DNA of 64,000 bases from an uncultured Verrucomicrobiae bacterium (GTDB lineage: Bacteria > Verrucomicrobiota > Verrucomicrobiia > Chthoniobacterales > Chthoniobacteraceae), in assembly GCA_963828525.1 (NCBI GenBank), contig CAWHEP010000002.1:512001-576000 (forward strand). The letters run 5' to 3'. Numbering within the stretch: position 1 is the stretch's first letter; each line of letters begins with the position of its first letter. Shown piece by piece: positions 60,653 to 64,000 of this stretch. The notes under the pieces were generated by a model. That model worked only from the letters and a program-made list of their open reading frames with translations, ran no database searches and was not told the DNA's origin. Made by a program: the position numbers and the translations under genes.

Positions 60653-61213
60653 CTAGTTAAACTGGTTCATGGCGGCGGCCAGGCCATGCTGCTGCAGGCA
60701 GTCGATCGCCTCCACGGCTCGCTCCAACGCCTCGTCGAGCAGCGGCTTTTCTTCCGCGCGGAATTTGCCCAGCACGTGCGGGATCATTTCCTCGCCGGGC
60801 GCCCCGCCGATGCCGACGCGCAGGCGCGGAATATCGCCCACATGCTGCAGGATCGATTTCATGCCGTTATGCCCGCCGGCCGAGCCATCGGCGCGAATGC
60901 GAAGGCGGCCCAGAGGCAGCGCCGCGTCGTCGAACACGGCCAGCACCTGCTCCGGAGGGATCTTGTAAAAATGGGCCAGAGCGGCCAGCGGCTCCCCGCT
61001 GCGGTTCATAAAGCTGCGCGGCTTGCAGAGCAGCACGCCAGGGGCAGGCGCGGCCAGTTCGGCGTCCCACTTCGGCTCGTGCCGAAAGGTGGCGCCGGCG
61101 CGCCGGGCAAAGCGGTCCAGGATCATAAAGCCCACGTTATGGCGCGTCGCCTCATATTCGCGGCCGGGATTTCCCAGGCCGGCGATGAGACGGAAGAGCG
61201 GTTCATGGGCCAC
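60653..61213 (-). CDS. pth: Peptidyl-tRNA hydrolase
   Basis: GLGNPGREYEATRHNVGF, MNRSG, GGHNGMKS, RLRVGIG. Confidence 0.95.
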   Translation of the reverse strand: MAHEPLFRLIAGLGNPGREYEATRHNVGFMILDRFARRAGATFRHEPKWDAELAAPAPGVLLCKPRSFMNRSGEPLAALAHFYKIPPEQVLAVFDDAALPLGRLRIRADGSAGGHNGMKSILQHVGDIPRLRVGIGGAPGEEMIPHVLGKFRAEEKPLLDEALERAVEAIDCLQQHGLAAAMNQFN

Positions 61214-61243
61214 ATCGTGGGGACGCGGTGGAGTCGGCAGCCG

Positions 61244-61910
61244 TTACTTCTTCTCAGCTGCGCCTTCCTCTTTCTTCTCCTTGATGACTTCCGGCTGCGC
61301 GGCTGCGTGCGGCGGCGGCAGGCGCCACCACTTCCGCCACGGTGGGCTCGGCCACCAGGAACACCGTCAAGTCCTCGTCGTCCTCCGCGGTCACTCCCTC
61401 GGGAAGCGGGATATCCTTCACGTGCAGCGAATCGCCGACCTTCAGGGCCGAGATATCGACTACGATGACTTCCGGCAGATCCCGGGGCAGGCAGGAGATG
61501 GAAAGCGAGCGCAGGCTCTGCTCCATGATGCCGCCGAAGCTCTTCACGCCTTCGGCCTCACCGGTGGGCTCGATGGGCACGGAGGCATGCAGGACCTCGT
61601 CCATCTTCACCGCGTGGAAATCGACGTGGGTAATGGCGCGGGTCAGCGTCTCGTGCTGCACTTCCTGGATGAGCGCCATGCGGTTGGTCGTCGCGCCGCC
61701 ATCCTCGATCTCGAGTTCCACCAGGATGTTCTCGCCGATGGCGCGGCCGAGGACGGCGCCGATCTCGCGGGCGTGGATGGAAAGGGCGAGGGGGACATCC
61801 TTGCCGCCGTAGATCACGGCGGGGACGAGGCCGTCTTTTTTGAGTTTATTGCCGACCGTGCCGCCGATCTGGGTGCGGGCGCGTGCGGAGAGTTTTACTT
61901 GTTTTGCCAT
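61244..61910 (-). CDS. rplY: 50S ribosomal protein L25/Ctc
   Basis: GLVPAVIYG, HVDFH, GEAEGVK, VDISALKVGDSLHVKD. Confidence 0.95.
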
Positions 61911-61953
61911 AATGAGTTCAGTGCCGGGGGGCGTGGGTGACTGCGGATGCGGA

Positions 61954-62920
61954 TTAATATTTGGTGCCGTTGATCTCGAAGAGCGAGCTCACCGATTCGT
62001 CGTTGTGGATGCGTTTGATGCCCTCGCCCAGCAGCTCGGCGATGGGGAGCACGCGGATGCGGCAATCCTCGCTGGAACGGACCGGCACGCTGTTGGTGGT
62101 GATGAGTTCCTCGATCTGCGAACCCTTCAGCCGCTCCAGCGCCAAATCCGAGAGCACCGCGTGCGAGACGCCGGCGTAAATGCTCAACGCGCCATGTTTC
62201 TTAAGGAGATTGGCCGCGCTTGTCAAGGTGCCGGCCGTCTCCGTGAGGTCATCCACCAGGAGCACTTGCTTCCCCTCCACCTCGCCGATCACATAGAGCG
62301 ACTCGGTCTCGGTGGCGCTTTTGCGGCGTTTGGCGACGATGGCCAGGCTGGCGCCGAGGGCCTGCGAGTAGGCGCTGGCCATTTTCAAGCCCCCCACGTC
62401 CGGCGAGACGACGGTGATTTCCTGTCCCGCGAAACGCTCCCGCATGTAACGGATCATGACCGGCAGCGCGAAAAGGTGATCGACCGGAATATCGAAGAAC
62501 CCGGCCACCTGCTGGGCGTGGAGGTCCATGGTCAGCACCCGGTTCACGCCGGCGGCGACGAGGAGATTGGCGATGAGCTTGGCCGTAATCGGCACGCGCG
62601 GCTTGTCCTTGCGATCCTGCCGGGCGTAGCCGAAGAACGGGATCACCGCCGTGATGCGGTCCGCGCTGGCCCGGCGGGCGGCATCCACCATGATGAGCAG
62701 CTCCATCAGGTTCTGGTTGGTGGGCGGGCAGGTCGGCTGGACGATGAAGATATCCCGGCCCGCGCACGTTCTCGTTGATGCGGACGAAGGTCTCCCCATC
62801 CGGGAAGGAGCTCACCGTGGCATCCCCCAGGGGCACCTGGATGAAATCGGCAATCTGCTGGGCCAGCGCGATGTGGGCGGAGCCGGAGAAGATTTTTAAC
62901 TCGGGAGCGGAATGAGCCAT
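61954..62920 (-). CDS. prs: Ribose-phosphate pyrophosphokinase (frameshift near 2760 nt scale position 62760)
   Basis: FPDGETFV, GYARQDRK, MDLHAQQ, VVSPDVGG, VDDLTETAGT. Confidence 0.95.
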
Positions 62921-63174
62921 GGGGTGCGAAACGGCGGGAGGTGGACTGTAGGGCTCCCGCTTGCGAAAGCAATGGGATTTTCCCTCGAAAAAGGCGTCCC
63001 CAGGGGGCTGGTTTCCCTAGTGGCAAATGCACTCCAGCCCGCTCTCTATCAGGCGATTCCCTTACTCAGGCCGGCGTAAAATTTTCCTTTACAGTGTAAA
63101 CAGGCTCTCCTACCAGTCAGCCCATGGTTGCTTTGCAGCCGTACAAAAACAAACTAACCAAAGGAGAAAAACTA

Positions 63175-63774
63175 ATGAAAAAACTCATATTCGGTCTCGC
63201 GACCTCAGCAGTGATCGCGGCGACTTGCTTTGCCGGTACGGAGACGTACTCAAGCGGCAAGGCTTCGAAGGAATATAAACAAGTCGAGACCCCGACCTGC
63301 TTCTCGGACAAAGAGATCCAGCTCGACGTGTTCGGCGCCTACCAGGTCGGCGAAGCCGGCCGCTCGGGGCCCATTCACGATCACGCCTGGGGTGGTGGTG
63401 TCGCGGCAAACTACTTCTTCGCCCGTTACTTCGGCCTGAGCGTCGAGGGTACCTGGCTCGACGGCAAGGACGGCCGCGGCTCGACCTCGTCGGATATCCA
63501 CAGCACCACGCTTCATAGCGTGACGGGCAGCGCGATCTTCCGCTACCCGATTGACCGCCTCTGCCTGGCCCCCTACGTCTTCATCGGCGGCGGCGGGACT
63601 TTCGATGGCGCCAAGTGGGCCCTGGGCCACGTGGGTGTCGGCCTCGAATACCGCATTATCCCCAACAAGCTCGGCCTCTTTGCCGATGGCCGTTGGGTGT
63701 ACTACGGTGACCGTTTCGGCAGCGACGTGCAGAACAATTTCTTGTTCCGCACCGGTGTCCGCATGGTGTTCTAA
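63175..63774 (+). CDS. Outer-membrane beta-barrel protein
   Basis: RBS AAGGAG, signal peptide, alternating beta strands, terminal GVRMVF. Confidence 0.85.
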   Translation: MKKLIFGLATSAVIAATCFAGTETYSSGKASKEYKQVETPTCFSDKEIQLDVFGAYQVGEAGRSGPIHDHAWGGGVAANYFFARYFGLSVEGTWLDGKDGRGSTSSDIHSTTLHSVTGSAIFRYPIDRLCLAPYVFIGGGGTFDGAKWALGHVGVGLEYRIIPNKLGLFADGRWVYYGDRFGSDVQNNFLFRTGVRMVF

Positions 63775-63801
63775 GAACTGAGTTCATTCCTGAATTCCAT
63801 C

Positions 63802-63838
63802 AAACGCCGGAGTCGCAAGACTCCGGCGTTTTTGTTTT
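63802..63838 (+). terminator. Intrinsic terminator
   Basis: AAACGCCGGAGTC-GCAA-GACTCCGGCGTTT followed by T-rich tail. Confidence 0.9.
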
Positions 63839-64000
63839 GCCAGCGGGATTTTCGCGCGCAGATTTACACCGATAAGGAGCGAGGAAAGGCGCTTGCGCGT
63901 TCTATCTCCGGAAACAATCAGCGCGAAGCCAGCCAGGAGCCCAGGCTGGCTCTGCAGGTCGGCGGAAAGATCCACGCTGAATTCCGCGCCCAGCTTCAAC

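Noticed and set aside
62921..63174. tRNA or structured RNA upstream of prs
   Set aside because: No cloverleaf or T-loop consensus; it looks like a divergent promoter region.

Overview
High-GC bacterial chromosome segment, probably from a Verrucomicrobia/PVC-group organism (inferred from PEP-CTERM, prepilin H-X9-DG and LEPR-XLL-type proteins, and a long ispG). It is mostly housekeeping: xerC, hisF, lhr/pdeM, mscL, yajC-secDF, serS-tilS, dsbD, scpA, purD, cdsA-dxr-rseP-ispG, two DEAD-box helicases, prs-rplY-pth-rpsF-ssb. Accessory genes are interspersed. Many genes, including essential ones, carry single-base frameshifts that look like long-read indel errors, so the boundaries of frameshifted genes are approximate. 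The most interesting locus is a cobalamin riboswitch heading a three-gene operon: a PEP-CTERM surface protein with a DUF4430/transcobalamin-like appearance, a prepilin H-X9-DG protein and a DUF6580 membrane protein. This is a candidate non-canonical B12 capture and uptake system. Other notable features are polymorphic-toxin tip and immunity remnants flanking a GH2-uxuA block, a dispersed family of palindromic repeats built from 10-bp subunits, a diverged tandem duplication between convergent genes, a scar of two collided toxin-antitoxin modules, an unexplained long hairpin before purD, and signatures of leaderless transcription. No tRNA, rRNA, CRISPR array or transposase was recognised.
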